A stretch of DNA of 64,000 bases from a virus (taxonomy: Duplodnaviria > Heunggongvirae > Uroviricota > Caudoviricetes), in IMG/VR virus record IMGVR_UViG_3300014204_006419. One strand, given 5' to 3'. Shown in pieces: positions 1 through 9,072 of the stretch; the first letter of the stretch is position 1; every line of letters begins with the position of its first letter. The notes under the pieces were generated by a model. It ran no database searches. It saw only the letters and a program-made list of their open reading frames with translations, and was not told the DNA's origin. The position numbers and the translations under genes were made by a program.

Positions 1-539
1 GTTCATCATAGAATGGTTTAGACATCTAAATCACCTTACTTACATTTCTCTGCGCAACAATCGCGTTCGTCTGCTTCTTTTTTAGTCTTGTAGATTTGCT
101 GGCATTCTCCACAAGACCATGTTCCGTCCTCTTCCTCGATTGAATCCAGCATATTCAATCACCTTACTCCTTTGGCTTTCCTTCTACGCAGCCATAGGCT
201 ACGAGCAAAGCAACTCCTGCTTCTGCCTTCTGCTTCGAGACTACTGGGGAGGTCAGATTTTGTTTATTGTTTCCAACTACTGCAACTGCCTTGACGCAGT
301 ACTTTCCGCCCTTTGCCTTCTCTATTCTTACATACATTTTGTTTCCCATTTCAAATCACCTTTTTTTTCTTCTCAATAAAATATACTGCATATTGCTGCT
401 ATATCCATCTGGAGTGACCGCAACAACTTCCCAGTCTTCGTATCCTTTTAATTGTTCCATAAGTTCTGAATTTAGCGGGCTTACTACAACAAATTTGAAT
501 TCGTATTCCTTTGGCGTTCCGTATCCAGTGTTTATCATA

Positions 540-1178
540 TCACTCACCAACTTCAGAACTGTTTTGTTCTGGGATTATGATTTGAGTTACAAGTGACCGC
601 GTGTTTAATTTGCAGTACGTTTTGCTAACATGTTCAGAGCTTCCTGCACGCATGAAATTCATATCATATGCACAGCCAATGTACGTTGTTCCATTGTATC
701 CTTCGTTGCAGGCAGATGCGTAATAAATAACTGACCGATTGTCTTGCAGTACTTCTTTTTGGAATATCGGAGCCGTTACATTACCAACAACCATCTTGAA
801 GTTTGTTACATTGAATTTGATTACTTGGTTGTTCTCGTCCTTGTACCAGTTCGTGTTGTTGTCAATGAGTGTTCCTCCTTGTTCTATTGTGTAGTTCATC
901 AGAGTAGTATTGCAGGCTGGTGGAATGCTGATTTTGTCATCTTGTGAAGCTTGTGCCAAGCATTCTATTGAATCGTATATTGGTTTGTTGTCGTGGTCAA
1001 CGCAATAGACTGTTGGTGGTGTCATATGAGCGAAGATTAAATTTATTACAAACATTGCTGAAACACAAAAACCAATGACTAGAAAGATTACAGCTAGCAG
1101 TGTCATAATCTTTTCACCAAAACTTGTTTTGTATTCTGGCTCTGGACTTCGATTTTCAAATTCACCCATGTTAAACAC
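540..1178 (-). CDS. membrane-anchored/secreted protein with many N-glycosylation sequons
   Basis: 212-aa ORF. N-terminal hydrophobic helix. Numerous NxT/S motifs. Cys-rich ectodomain. Confidence 0.45.
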   Translation of the reverse strand: MFNMGEFENRSPEPEYKTSFGEKIMTLLAVIFLVIGFCVSAMFVINLIFAHMTPPTVYCVDHDNKPIYDSIECLAQASQDDKISIPPACNTTLMNYTIEQGGTLIDNNTNWYKDENNQVIKFNVTNFKMVVGNVTAPIFQKEVLQDNRSVIYYASACNEGYNGTTYIGCAYDMNFMRAGSSEHVSKTYCKLNTRSLVTQIIIPEQNSSEVGE

Positions 1179-1649
1179 CTAAAATGCTGCTTCATTCAGC
1201 TCACGGTAAATCAAGTCCGTAGCCCAGGTATCTGCGTTCTTTACACGCACAGAATTTAATCTGCATTTTACCTGGTCTATTGTTCCTTCCAGGTTGACTT
1301 GCTCGCCCCAGTCTTTCATTACTTTCTTAGCTGCGTTAAGGTAAACTGCATCAGAATAATTGCGGTTAAAGAAGATGTAGTGATTTCCGTATGGTCTGCC
1401 ATTGTAGGTCTCTAGGTCTTGCATTCCATCAAAATCGCAGCCATGGTACTTTCCAGCGACTGCTTCTACTGCAGCTCTAGTTGCTCCATCTGTCCAGTCT
1501 ACGTTTATGCTAGAGCCACCTGCGTATCTGTCCAATCTGACACTGAACTTTATTGCTGGAAAATGTTCCTTCAGGTCTTTCCTTACCAACTTTGCTACTT
1601 CGGCTGCGTCAATATAACTTCCCACAACTTTCATCCCCACGAGAGTCAT
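1179..1649 (-). CDS. hypothetical protein (true start may be the downstream Met at 1634)
   Basis: 156-aa ORF. The annotated ATG lies in the loop of the conserved leader hairpin. The SD-like GGGGATGAAAGTTGTG context favours the second Met. Confidence 0.45.
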   Translation of the reverse strand: MTLVGMKVVGSYIDAAEVAKLVRKDLKEHFPAIKFSVRLDRYAGGSSINVDWTDGATRAAVEAVAGKYHGCDFDGMQDLETYNGRPYGNHYIFFNRNYSDAVYLNAAKKVMKDWGEQVNLEGTIDQVKCRLNSVRVKNADTWATDLIYRELNEAAF

Positions 1650-1705
1650 CTCTCGTAATGTATCTCTTATGAACCTACTAGTATATAAAGGTATCTGTTA
1701 ATCCA
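1636..1705 (-). promoter_or_regulatory. conserved promoter/5'-leader module, copy A (TATA 1682-1689, hairpin 1639-1656)
   Basis: On the minus strand: TTTATATACTAGTAGGTTCATAAGAGATACATTACGAGAG-ATGA-CTCTCGTGGGG. 7-bp stem, ATGA loop. Confidence 0.6.
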
Positions 1706-1725
1706 TTGGTTTAGTCCTTTCGTCT

Positions 1726-2058
1726 TTATACGGTTACGAATTTGTCTCCACACTTCGAACAGAACCATTTTCCGTTTACCCATCCGCCGTACTCTTTCTT
1801 TGTTCTGACCTTGTTGCAGTACTTGCAGTGATACTCTTTTTCATTTGAGTCTAGTGGCTGATTTAGTGATGGAGTTGGAGTATATCCGACTTCCTCTTGT
1901 TGTTCTTCCACCAAGAAGATTCTGTCATAATTCTCGAATTCAATGAAAGGAATCTCTAGGTCAATTGCTAGGTCTCTCCTTACATGCCAGTCTCCTTCAA
2001 GCTTCTGGAGAAGCCTGTCAAACTCTTCTACTTTCAATGTTGTCACTTCGAGTTCCAT
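1726..2058 (-). CDS. hypothetical protein with C-terminal zinc ribbon
   Basis: 110 aa. CKYCNK..CSKCGDK motif pair. Confidence 0.4.
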   Translation of the reverse strand: MELEVTTLKVEEFDRLLQKLEGDWHVRRDLAIDLEIPFIEFENYDRIFLVEEQQEEVGYTPTPSLNQPLDSNEKEYHCKYCNKVRTKKEYGGWVNGKWFCSKCGDKFVTV

Positions 2059-2064
2059 ATTTTT

Positions 2065-2484
2065 TCACCTTTTGATTCTGAACTTGAGCGTTACGTACTC
2101 TGTCTTCTCTTGGATGTATGGTATGCGGAATGAACGGTCAGAAACATATTGCTCAACTAAATCCCATCCATTCTGCCCTGCCAATTCGATTAACTGCTTG
2201 AGTGTGGACATTCTGTTCTCAGTATTGATTTCTTCATCTGTTTTTGGTTTGCACATTTGTGTTATATCTTGCCAGGAACTATTTGGTACATTGTTCATAA
2301 CCTCACCTTGTTTTCCGTATAAAATATTCATACACGTTCTGCATTTTCTTTCACTTTCTGGAATTCCATCCTCGCTTACTAAAATGTCATGGTCAATCAT
2401 GCGATATGCGTGACATAGCGCATTTCCATTTTGATTTGCTGCATGGTACACGATGCTTCTCTTGAACCAACCTTTGATACCCAT
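2065..2484 (-). CDS. hypothetical protein
   Basis: 139-aa ORF, co-directional, tightly packed. Confidence 0.4.
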   Translation of the reverse strand: MGIKGWFKRSIVYHAANQNGNALCHAYRMIDHDILVSEDGIPESERKCRTCMNILYGKQGEVMNNVPNSSWQDITQMCKPKTDEEINTENRMSTLKQLIELAGQNGWDLVEQYVSDRSFRIPYIQEKTEYVTLKFRIKR

Positions 2485-2636
2485 GTCACTTACCTCGGAT
2501 TATTGCTAATGCTTCTCTTCTTTGAATATATGGATTTCCATTCTCTGAATCCAATATTCTTTCTACTTTCTTCAACAATTTTATTGCATCTTCAGTTTCC
2601 ATTTAAGTCACCTTCATTTACTTCTTAACTAGCCTC

Positions 2637-3053
2637 TTATTTCTTTATTGGTTCTAATCCGATTGATTCTGCTTTGTCGTAGCAATCATCGCAGCTTATG
2701 AATTGCTTTCCATCTACTTCGCGGGAATAAATAGTTTCTCCAGCACGTTTACACTTTGGGCAAACTGCATCCTCACACCATCCATAAACGTGCCTCTTCA
2801 TTCCTTCCCAAGTACCTAGAATACCAACCTTTGCTCCTTTGAGGTCTGCGTTCTTTACAACTCTGCAAAGTACATCTTTTGGATTATCTTGACTCTCTTT
2901 TGCGCCAATCTTCTTGGCTTCCCAGTAGCTTCTTGCGATTACTCCTACACCACCGTCAGTCGGGTCATCATTCACGCTTACGAAATACGCTTTGAGTTCG
3001 TCCACTTCATCACCTTTTGATTTCACTTTTGCTCTCTTGAATTGCTCTTCCAA
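2637..3053 (-). CDS. hypothetical Cys-rich protein
   Basis: 138 aa. CPKCKR..CDDC motifs. Confidence 0.4.
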   Translation of the reverse strand: MEEQFKRAKVKSKGDEVDELKAYFVSVNDDPTDGGVGVIARSYWEAKKIGAKESQDNPKDVLCRVVKNADLKGAKVGILGTWEGMKRHVYGWCEDAVCPKCKRAGETIYSREVDGKQFISCDDCYDKAESIGLEPIKK

Positions 3054-3279
3054 AATCGTTAGCGCATTCGACTAAAACTCTGGCAAAGAATTGCTCTCGT
3101 GTTTCAGATGTTGGAATCGGGAACATATTTGCGTCATCGCAAGCGATAACATAATGCTTTCCGCAACCTTTACATTCGTAATAGTCATATCCCCTTCTCC
3201 TATTTGGTGTTAGGTAATGCCAAGAGAATAACTCGGCTTTTATCTCGTTGCAGAATCTACAGGTATAATCGTGGCTCAT
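3010..3279 (-). CDS. small zinc-ribbon protein
   Basis: 89 aa. CRFCNE..CKGCGKHY. The 5' end overlaps the neighbouring gene, so the start is uncertain. Confidence 0.35.
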   Translation of the reverse strand: MSHDYTCRFCNEIKAELFSWHYLTPNRRRGYDYYECKGCGKHYVIACDDANMFPIPTSETREQFFARVLVECANDFGRAIQESKSEIKR

Positions 3280-3291
3280 TTTATCCCCCTT

Positions 3292-3600
3292 TCAAACATC
3301 TGCAAACTCAAACACAGGGATGATTTCTCCATCTACGTTTTCTACCTCAAGCGTATTGAATTTGAACAGCCCACCGAGTGTGTAATTGCATGGCTTCTTT
3401 TTGTTTCCTATCTCTCCCTTACTCTCTGGCAGCCAACGCCCGATACAGGAGTAAAATACGACCTCATCAGGATTCACTCCAATCGCTCTGAAATCCTGTG
3501 GTGTCTGCACATTTCCGCATTGACAGCATTTGAATCTCCACTTCGATGGGTCTTTCCCGAAGCGTCTTTCGCCTTCTGCAATCCATTCTGAATATTTCAT
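3292..3600 (-). CDS. hypothetical protein
   Basis: 102 aa, CCQCGN motif. Confidence 0.4.
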   Translation of the reverse strand: MKYSEWIAEGERRFGKDPSKWRFKCCQCGNVQTPQDFRAIGVNPDEVVFYSCIGRWLPESKGEIGNKKKPCNYTLGGLFKFNTLEVENVDGEIIPVFEFADV

Positions 3601-3618
3601 TCGTCTTATTCCTGTTAT

Positions 3619-3978
3619 TTAATCACCCTTTGGTTTACTATTCTTCTCTTGCCATTTTCTAATAAAATCCATTCGGGCTTCTTCAAGTTTAAGTTCTTCG
3701 TTATTTGCACAACTACTTATCCTTTTCAGTTGTACTTCAAATGCATTAGTTAAATATACCGTGCAGTATCTGTCTATTATGCGAGATAGTTCTATTCCAT
3801 CTTTGGATAATCTGTCTATGCCTGCATCTAAGAATATTGCATCGTGCAGTTGCTTTCTATTGTCCTCAAATTTTTGTAGGTCTGATTTGTTACCAATATT
3901 CAGATGTGCGATATACTTATCTAGTTTGGTTTTGTTGATAGTAAATTTTCCAAGTTTTATCTTTACGATTTTAATCAC
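3619..3978 (-). CDS. hypothetical protein
   Basis: 119-aa ORF. Confidence 0.4.
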   Translation of the reverse strand: MIKIVKIKLGKFTINKTKLDKYIAHLNIGNKSDLQKFEDNRKQLHDAIFLDAGIDRLSKDGIELSRIIDRYCTVYLTNAFEVQLKRISSCANNEELKLEEARMDFIRKWQEKNSKPKGD

Positions 3979-3987
3979 CTTGTTTTA

Positions 3988-4069
3988 TGCCCTCGGTTGG
4001 ATTTGAACCAACGATTTCTCTCCCAAGGGAAAGATGTTTTGCCATGACGTCTATGCAAACTACGAGGAC
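3988..4069 (-). tRNA. tRNA-like element, aberrant (82 nt): canonical acceptor and T-arm but irregular D/anticodon region
   Basis: Minus-strand sequence GTCCTCG-TA...GTTGG-TTCAAAT-CCAAC-CGAGGGC-A. The acceptor stem pairs 7/7 and the T-loop is perfect. The middle cannot be folded as a standard cloverleaf. Confidence 0.3.
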
Positions 4070-4329
4070 ATTTGGAGAGGTTGGTGGGTGGGGTTGTGCA
4101 CGTGGGCGTGCAACGAAATAAGCCAACCCTCTCCGTTCGAGCCAAGCATAGAATTTCCGTGCTTGGTTTCTCGGTCTAGATTTGTTTTATCGTTACTCCT
4201 TCCTCAACTCCGCATTCAGGGCAGTGGAAGGTTGTTGGTACTTTTTGTTTCTGGTTATAGCGGGTATTGACTGGTTCTAGTATTCCACTGAATCCGCAAT
4301 CGCAAATCAATTCATATTGATTTCCCATG

Positions 4330-4686
4330 TTAATCACCAATTACTTCTTCCCATCTCTTGATTACGCTTTCAATTAATGATAGAATTCCTGCGAGCTGGT
4401 CAGAAGAGTCACAGGTCTTCAGTATCCCTGGGTGGCTCCAAGCAATACCAACCCAGTCTCCTTCTTGAAAACTTACTCCAAGAAATTCTCTTCGTAGCAG
4501 TCCTGCGTTTTTAAGTTTCACATAAGCGCAGAAGTAATTTTCTCCTGGTGGGCAGTCATCCGTTTTTCTGACCTCAACTTCCTTGCCACGAATGTTCAGC
4601 TTTGTAAATGGTAAGGTATTAAATCCTAGTTCGTCTGTCTCGAAGCACTTGTTCTTGTATCTGTCTTCCATACAATCACCTTGCAT
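4330..4686 (-). CDS. hypothetical protein
   Basis: 118-aa ORF. Confidence 0.4.
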   Translation of the reverse strand: MQGDCMEDRYKNKCFETDELGFNTLPFTKLNIRGKEVEVRKTDDCPPGENYFCAYVKLKNAGLLRREFLGVSFQEGDWVGIAWSHPGILKTCDSSDQLAGILSLIESVIKRWEEVIGD

Positions 4687-4888
4687 CTTTCAATTTATCT
4701 ATTACGGATACCAATTTTGTTTTCTCCCTACCTTCTCGCAAACCTGCGATTTCATCTCCTTGGATATTTGTTGCTTGGTTAACGTAATATTCAATTGCAG
4801 TAAGTGCGTGGTTTATCTCACTCTTTGTTAGTTCAATCTTTACCGTTATCCGCACCCTCAAACTTCTTTTTAATTTTGTTATAATCAT
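4676..4888 (-). CDS. hypothetical small protein
   Basis: 70-aa ORF. Confidence 0.3.
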   Translation of the reverse strand: MIITKLKRSLRVRITVKIELTKSEINHALTAIEYYVNQATNIQGDEIAGLREGREKTKLVSVIDKLKDAR

Positions 4889-5315
4889 TCTCTACAATAG
4901 TTCCCGAAACTGTTTCTGTCTTTCCACATTTTCTGCAGATTCGGTCATGCTGCGTCGGATACGAAGTTCGTACAATATTGCTATAGACCCACACATGCTT
5001 GCATTTTGCATCCAGTTTTCGATTAGCTTCGTGTTCAGCGAATTCATCTTTCTCGTGAATCTCTCTTGCAAGTTTTTCGAATTCATTGTCCTCTCTCCAA
5101 TCTTCGGTCATATATTCTACTTCTTTATATGCTTCTTTCCAAGCTTTCTCATCAATCCCTTTTGCTTCTAGTACTCTGAACATTGACTTGACTTCCCAGC
5201 ATCTACCACAATCTTGGCACTGATAAAGTTCATTGTATCCATAGCCAAGTTTTCGTGCATTGTTCTTGTCACAAAACATACAGTGTTCGTTATAATCTCT
5301 GCTCATGAACATCAT
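4833..5315 (-). CDS. multi zinc-ribbon protein
   Basis: 160 aa. CMFCDK, CQDCGRCW, CRKCGK motifs. Confidence 0.4.
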   Translation of the reverse strand: MMFMSRDYNEHCMFCDKNNARKLGYGYNELYQCQDCGRCWEVKSMFRVLEAKGIDEKAWKEAYKEVEYMTEDWREDNEFEKLAREIHEKDEFAEHEANRKLDAKCKHVWVYSNIVRTSYPTQHDRICRKCGKTETVSGTIVENDYNKIKKKFEGADNGKD

Positions 5316-5457
5316 CTCCAGATATTATATTGGTCATCGGCTTTCATTGGCGACTAAGGTGGTGGAAATAGGGCGACTTTTACTATGCCTCAAGCCTCGG
5401 TAATTCGTGCATTAGTGTGATTCCTCCTTCAGCATTTTGAGCACGGGTTTCGCGTCA

Positions 5458-5640
5458 AAAGCATCGCAGTATTTCTTGATTTCTTCCTGGTTTGTTTCTT
5501 TTGTTTAGTGTACCTATTGCGCAGATTACAAACGCTGCTGCGATATACGAAGACGATGCTTCGTAGTTACCACTGAGATTCTGGAATACTGCTAAGATTA
5601 TGCACAACAACCAGATGAACCATAGACTAATATTTGCCAT
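5458..5640 (-). CDS. small membrane protein (MANISLWFIWLLCIILAVF...)
   Basis: An internal Met of track ORF 5455..5724 is preceded by a GGAGGTTGATTAAA SD context. The upstream part of the track ORF overlaps the acidic-tail gene in another frame. Confidence 0.3.
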
Positions 5641-5643
5641 TTT

Positions 5644-5820
5644 AATCAACCTCCTCGACCTCTTCAACTTCTTCAACTGCGCTTGGTGCGTAGTCATCAC
5701 TCCATACCTTATTCTGTAAGTCATCCCAGACTATCTTTGCGATTATCGCACAAGCTCCAAAGATAAAAATAACTCCAAGTCCGTATGCGACTGTCATTGC
5801 CATTGCGAGTTCTCCTACCA
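5644..5820 (-). CDS. small membrane protein with acidic EEVEEVEEVD tail (59 aa, below the ORF-track cutoff)
   Basis: Hand translation: MVGELAMAMTVAYGLGVIFIFGACAIIAK...EEVEEVEEVD. Stop overlaps the next gene's SD/start (GGAGGTTGATTAAAATG). Confidence 0.3.
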
Positions 5821-5821
5821 T

Positions 5822-6370
5822 TTAGAGCACACCCCAGTTCGGATTGTATGAATAGTAACATATCTCAGTTGATACTGGTCTTGCAGCCAGTTCTCCATAC
5901 AACTCGTTCACCTTGCTATTCAGGTTGTTGAGTTCGATTCTCTGCCTGGCTATCTTGTTTTCTAACAGAGTCTTATCACTCTTGAGAGCATCGAGCTTGT
6001 ATCCAATCTCTTTCATTGCGATGTCAAGTGCCATTACGCTTAGGTCTTTTGAATCTGCTACAAGCTGCTTGTTCTTGGCACGCTCTTTGATTAGAAGTGC
6101 TACAAGGCAGTCTGTCTTGCTGAGCTTGCAGTCGCAGTACATGTCATGTAGGTTACTATAATCGTTTACGTGACAGTCTACCGAGTGGTCGCAGGCTGGG
6201 CACAATAATTCTACCTTTTCTACCTTGAAATATTTGTTCCTTGGAATTGACCCCTTGAACTCTTCAACAAGAATCTCTCCGCTGCTTTCGCTGATTGCCT
6301 TTACAGTACAGATGTTATCCTGGTCAAACATATTGACCGAAACCTTGTCTCCGACTTTTAGTTCTCCCAC
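5822..6370 (-). CDS. coiled-coil / Cys-containing hypothetical protein, GTG start
   Basis: 182 aa. GTG start directly downstream of conserved leader module copy B. Confidence 0.45.
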   Translation of the reverse strand: MGELKVGDKVSVNMFDQDNICTVKAISESSGEILVEEFKGSIPRNKYFKVEKVELLCPACDHSVDCHVNDYSNLHDMYCDCKLSKTDCLVALLIKERAKNKQLVADSKDLSVMALDIAMKEIGYKLDALKSDKTLLENKIARQRIELNNLNSKVNELYGELAARPVSTEICYYSYNPNWGVL

Positions 6371-6450
6371 TTAAATCAACCCCTACGAGAGACATCCCTC
6401 GTAATGTATTCTCTTATGAACCTACTAGTATATAAAGGTATCGTTTAGTT
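6371..6450 (-). promoter_or_regulatory. conserved promoter/5'-leader module, copy B (TATA 6429-6436, hairpin 6384-6403)
   Basis: Same module. Stem TACGAGAG/CCCTCGTA with one mismatch, ACAT loop, then GGGGTTGATTTAA-GTG. Confidence 0.6.
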
Positions 6451-6458
6451 GAAATGAT

Positions 6459-7598
6459 TTAACCTTTCTTTATCTCGTTGTCAAGGCGTTCAAAGAATGC
6501 GTCCCATGAGAACTTCGATAGGATGTGTTCATTTCCTGCTTCGCCCATTTCACGTGCCCAATCGGTATTCTCTGAGACGAACTGCATCTTGTCTGCCATG
6601 CCTAGTTCTGAATCTACTAGGAAGCCCGTAACGCCATCAATTATTGTTTCTCTGGCTCCGCCTTCATTCACTGATATTATCGGCTTGCTTGATGCTCCTG
6701 CTTCGAGTGGAATCAATCCAAAGTCCTCATCTCGTCCTGCGAATAGCACTGCCCCGCAGTTCGAATAAAAGAATGACATTTCCATATTTGAAACGTTCGG
6801 GAAGACTTCTATACAACCTGATGAACCGTGTCTTGCCTTCGCAATTGTTTCGTAGTATTCCTGCTGCTCTTTTCTTTCCTTCAGCACTGCACCAGCTAAG
6901 ATTAGTTTCCAACTATTCGTGTCATGCTTCTTGAATTCTCTGAATGCTTCGATTACGTACTCGAATCTCTTCTCAGGTGCAAATCTAGATGGATAGAAAA
7001 AGAACTTGTTGTAGCTCTTGCATGAGAATTCGCTGGGTGCTATCGCGGGATATAGTATTTCAGTTTCGATGTTTAGGTATTTGTTCAAACGTTGTTCGAC
7101 AGTGTGGCTAATCGAGAATATCTTCTTCATCTTAGGGATTACGTAGTTCTCTACTAAACTATATGGTATTGAGAACAGTTCGAATAGAATCTTTTGTGGT
7201 GTGCTTCTATTCGCTTGTCTTTCTTGATGCAAGTCGAAGACTTCTCTGTTCGGTGATAAGCAATACCAGATTACATTCTTGTTCCTATTTGCTATCCATT
7301 CGCTCGGAGTTCCGAATGTGATTATTGCATCGTATGGTTCTAGCTTTGCGAAGAAGAATGTAATCCCTGCGATAATCGAGTCTCTCACTCTTAGTGGTAG
7401 CAAAGATAACAACGGATTCAAGATAGATTTCATTGGTGGATTAAGAACTTCTACATTCTCGAATCCTTCGAAAGTTGCTTCTCTGTCAAACTTTACACAG
7501 TAAACCTTCGCATTGTAATGCTGTGCAATTTTTAGGATTACTTTGTCTGCTCCACTCTTGTGATACAGAAACGGATGACAGATTGCTACCTTCATCAT
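6459..7598 (-). CDS. glycosyltransferase, GT4/GT1 family
   Basis: 379 aa. C-terminal GLIPLEAGASSKPIISVNEGGARETIIDGVTGFLV matches the GT4 E-x7-E/UDP-sugar-binding motif. Confidence 0.7.
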   Translation of the reverse strand: MMKVAICHPFLYHKSGADKVILKIAQHYNAKVYCVKFDREATFEGFENVEVLNPPMKSILNPLLSLLPLRVRDSIIAGITFFFAKLEPYDAIITFGTPSEWIANRNKNVIWYCLSPNREVFDLHQERQANRSTPQKILFELFSIPYSLVENYVIPKMKKIFSISHTVEQRLNKYLNIETEILYPAIAPSEFSCKSYNKFFFYPSRFAPEKRFEYVIEAFREFKKHDTNSWKLILAGAVLKERKEQQEYYETIAKARHGSSGCIEVFPNVSNMEMSFFYSNCGAVLFAGRDEDFGLIPLEAGASSKPIISVNEGGARETIIDGVTGFLVDSELGMADKMQFVSENTDWAREMGEAGNEHILSKFSWDAFFERLDNEIKKG

Positions 7599-8734
7599 GC
7601 GTCACCTTTGCAATTCTTCTTTGTTGCACAATATGCACAGCATGGCGGAATCTCACCGTCTTCTAATTGCTTCTTGAAGCGTTCGTACTTTTCTCCGCGC
7701 CAGAGTTGTTCAAAAGTATCTACTTCAAAGATGTTTCCCATCGAGTGTTGAATCTGGTATGGTCTCTTGTTTGCTTCATTTCCCGCACAGCAAGTAATCA
7801 CAGTTCCATCCACGAAGATGAATGGCATCTGCCACTCTCCAACGCATTCAGAAACTGTTTCTGTCTTTGCGATTGTCTTGCTGAGCTTTAACAAGATTCC
7901 GTGCTTCTCTGCTCTCTTCTTTGCTTCTTCTGCAATTGGTTCTGGGAGGACAACTCTCATGCCTTTGATTTCTGCATACTCGTAGAGAATTGGACTCACT
8001 AGAACTACTGCTCCTTTAGAGTCAAGTCCTGCATCCTGGTAAATCTTTGCAACCAAGTCGATGTAATCTGGAATCTCTTGGTAGTTGTCCTTGCAGTATA
8101 CAAAGTGGAAGTCAATCCATGGAAGCTTGTCGTTCAGCTCTTTTCTTCTCTTCAAAAGATATGTGATATTCTCTACGACCTTGTTGAAGTTTCCATTTGG
8201 TCGGATTATCTTATAGGTTCCTTCTGTTGCTGCGTCCAACGAAACGAAAATGTGGTCTGTGAGTTTCTCTGTTAATATGGTATTAACACGCTCTTTTGTC
8301 ATGAAATTGAAGTTGTCAAAAATCTCAATGAATGGGTCGTGCTTTTGCTTTACATAACGGAACATGTCCAAGCAATTCGGATGTGTTTGGATTTCGCCAA
8401 TTCCTGTAAGCCCTGCATGGGATAAACGTGGAAATGCATCAATTAGATGTTTGAACTTGTCTAGCGGCATTAGTTGTTTGTATTCTGGTTTGAAAAATTT
8501 CTGTTCACACATTTTACAATTCATTCCACATATGGTTGTCGTCTCGATTTCTACTGCGATAGGAATCAAATCATAATTTTTCAATATTTTTCTAGTTGAA
8601 GGAATGTAATATTTTACTCCGACTTCAGCCCATTTGAATGCTTTATTTATTCCACGAGATTGCGCAATCTCAGTGAATCGTTGCATTCTGTGGTACTGAT
8701 GATGTGCTGCATTAATTATTTTTTCTGCTACCAT
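7595..8734 (-). CDS. radical SAM enzyme with C-terminal SPASM-like Cys cluster
   Basis: CGMNCKMC (Cx3Cx2C) near the N-terminus. C-terminal CCAGNE...CCAYCATKKNC cluster. Confidence 0.7.
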   Translation of the reverse strand: MVAEKIINAAHHQYHRMQRFTEIAQSRGINKAFKWAEVGVKYYIPSTRKILKNYDLIPIAVEIETTTICGMNCKMCEQKFFKPEYKQLMPLDKFKHLIDAFPRLSHAGLTGIGEIQTHPNCLDMFRYVKQKHDPFIEIFDNFNFMTKERVNTILTEKLTDHIFVSLDAATEGTYKIIRPNGNFNKVVENITYLLKRRKELNDKLPWIDFHFVYCKDNYQEIPDYIDLVAKIYQDAGLDSKGAVVLVSPILYEYAEIKGMRVVLPEPIAEEAKKRAEKHGILLKLSKTIAKTETVSECVGEWQMPFIFVDGTVITCCAGNEANKRPYQIQHSMGNIFEVDTFEQLWRGEKYERFKKQLEDGEIPPCCAYCATKKNCKGDA

Positions 8735-8760
8735 ATTCGTTCACCTCGGTGATTATTCTC

Positions 8761-9063
8761 TCAGTTATTTCTTTCGTCTTCGTTCAGATTCTTCTTTTCC
8801 AAAAATGGAGTTGCTACTATATTAACTATGAATGGAATTCCATAGAATACCAACCACATTGTGCCAATTCCGCTGGATATAATCCCGAATAATCTTACTG
8901 GAAGGTTTATTGTTTTATCTTGTGGCAATGACTGAAAAAATTCGTACATCAGATAGCAGATTAATATTCCAAATAAGACACTTAAAATGGTAACCAAAAT
9001 TAATCCAACTTTCTCTTTGTTAGAGAATTGCATAAACTCGTTTAAACTTCTTTTGAATCCCAT
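8761..9063 (-). CDS. small membrane protein (3 TM)
   Basis: 100 aa, hydrophobic helices. Confidence 0.4.
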   Translation of the reverse strand: MGFKRSLNEFMQFSNKEKVGLILVTILSVLFGILICYLMYEFFQSLPQDKTINLPVRLFGIISSGIGTMWLVFYGIPFIVNIVATPFLEKKNLNEDERNN

Positions 9064-9072
9064 GCATTCACC

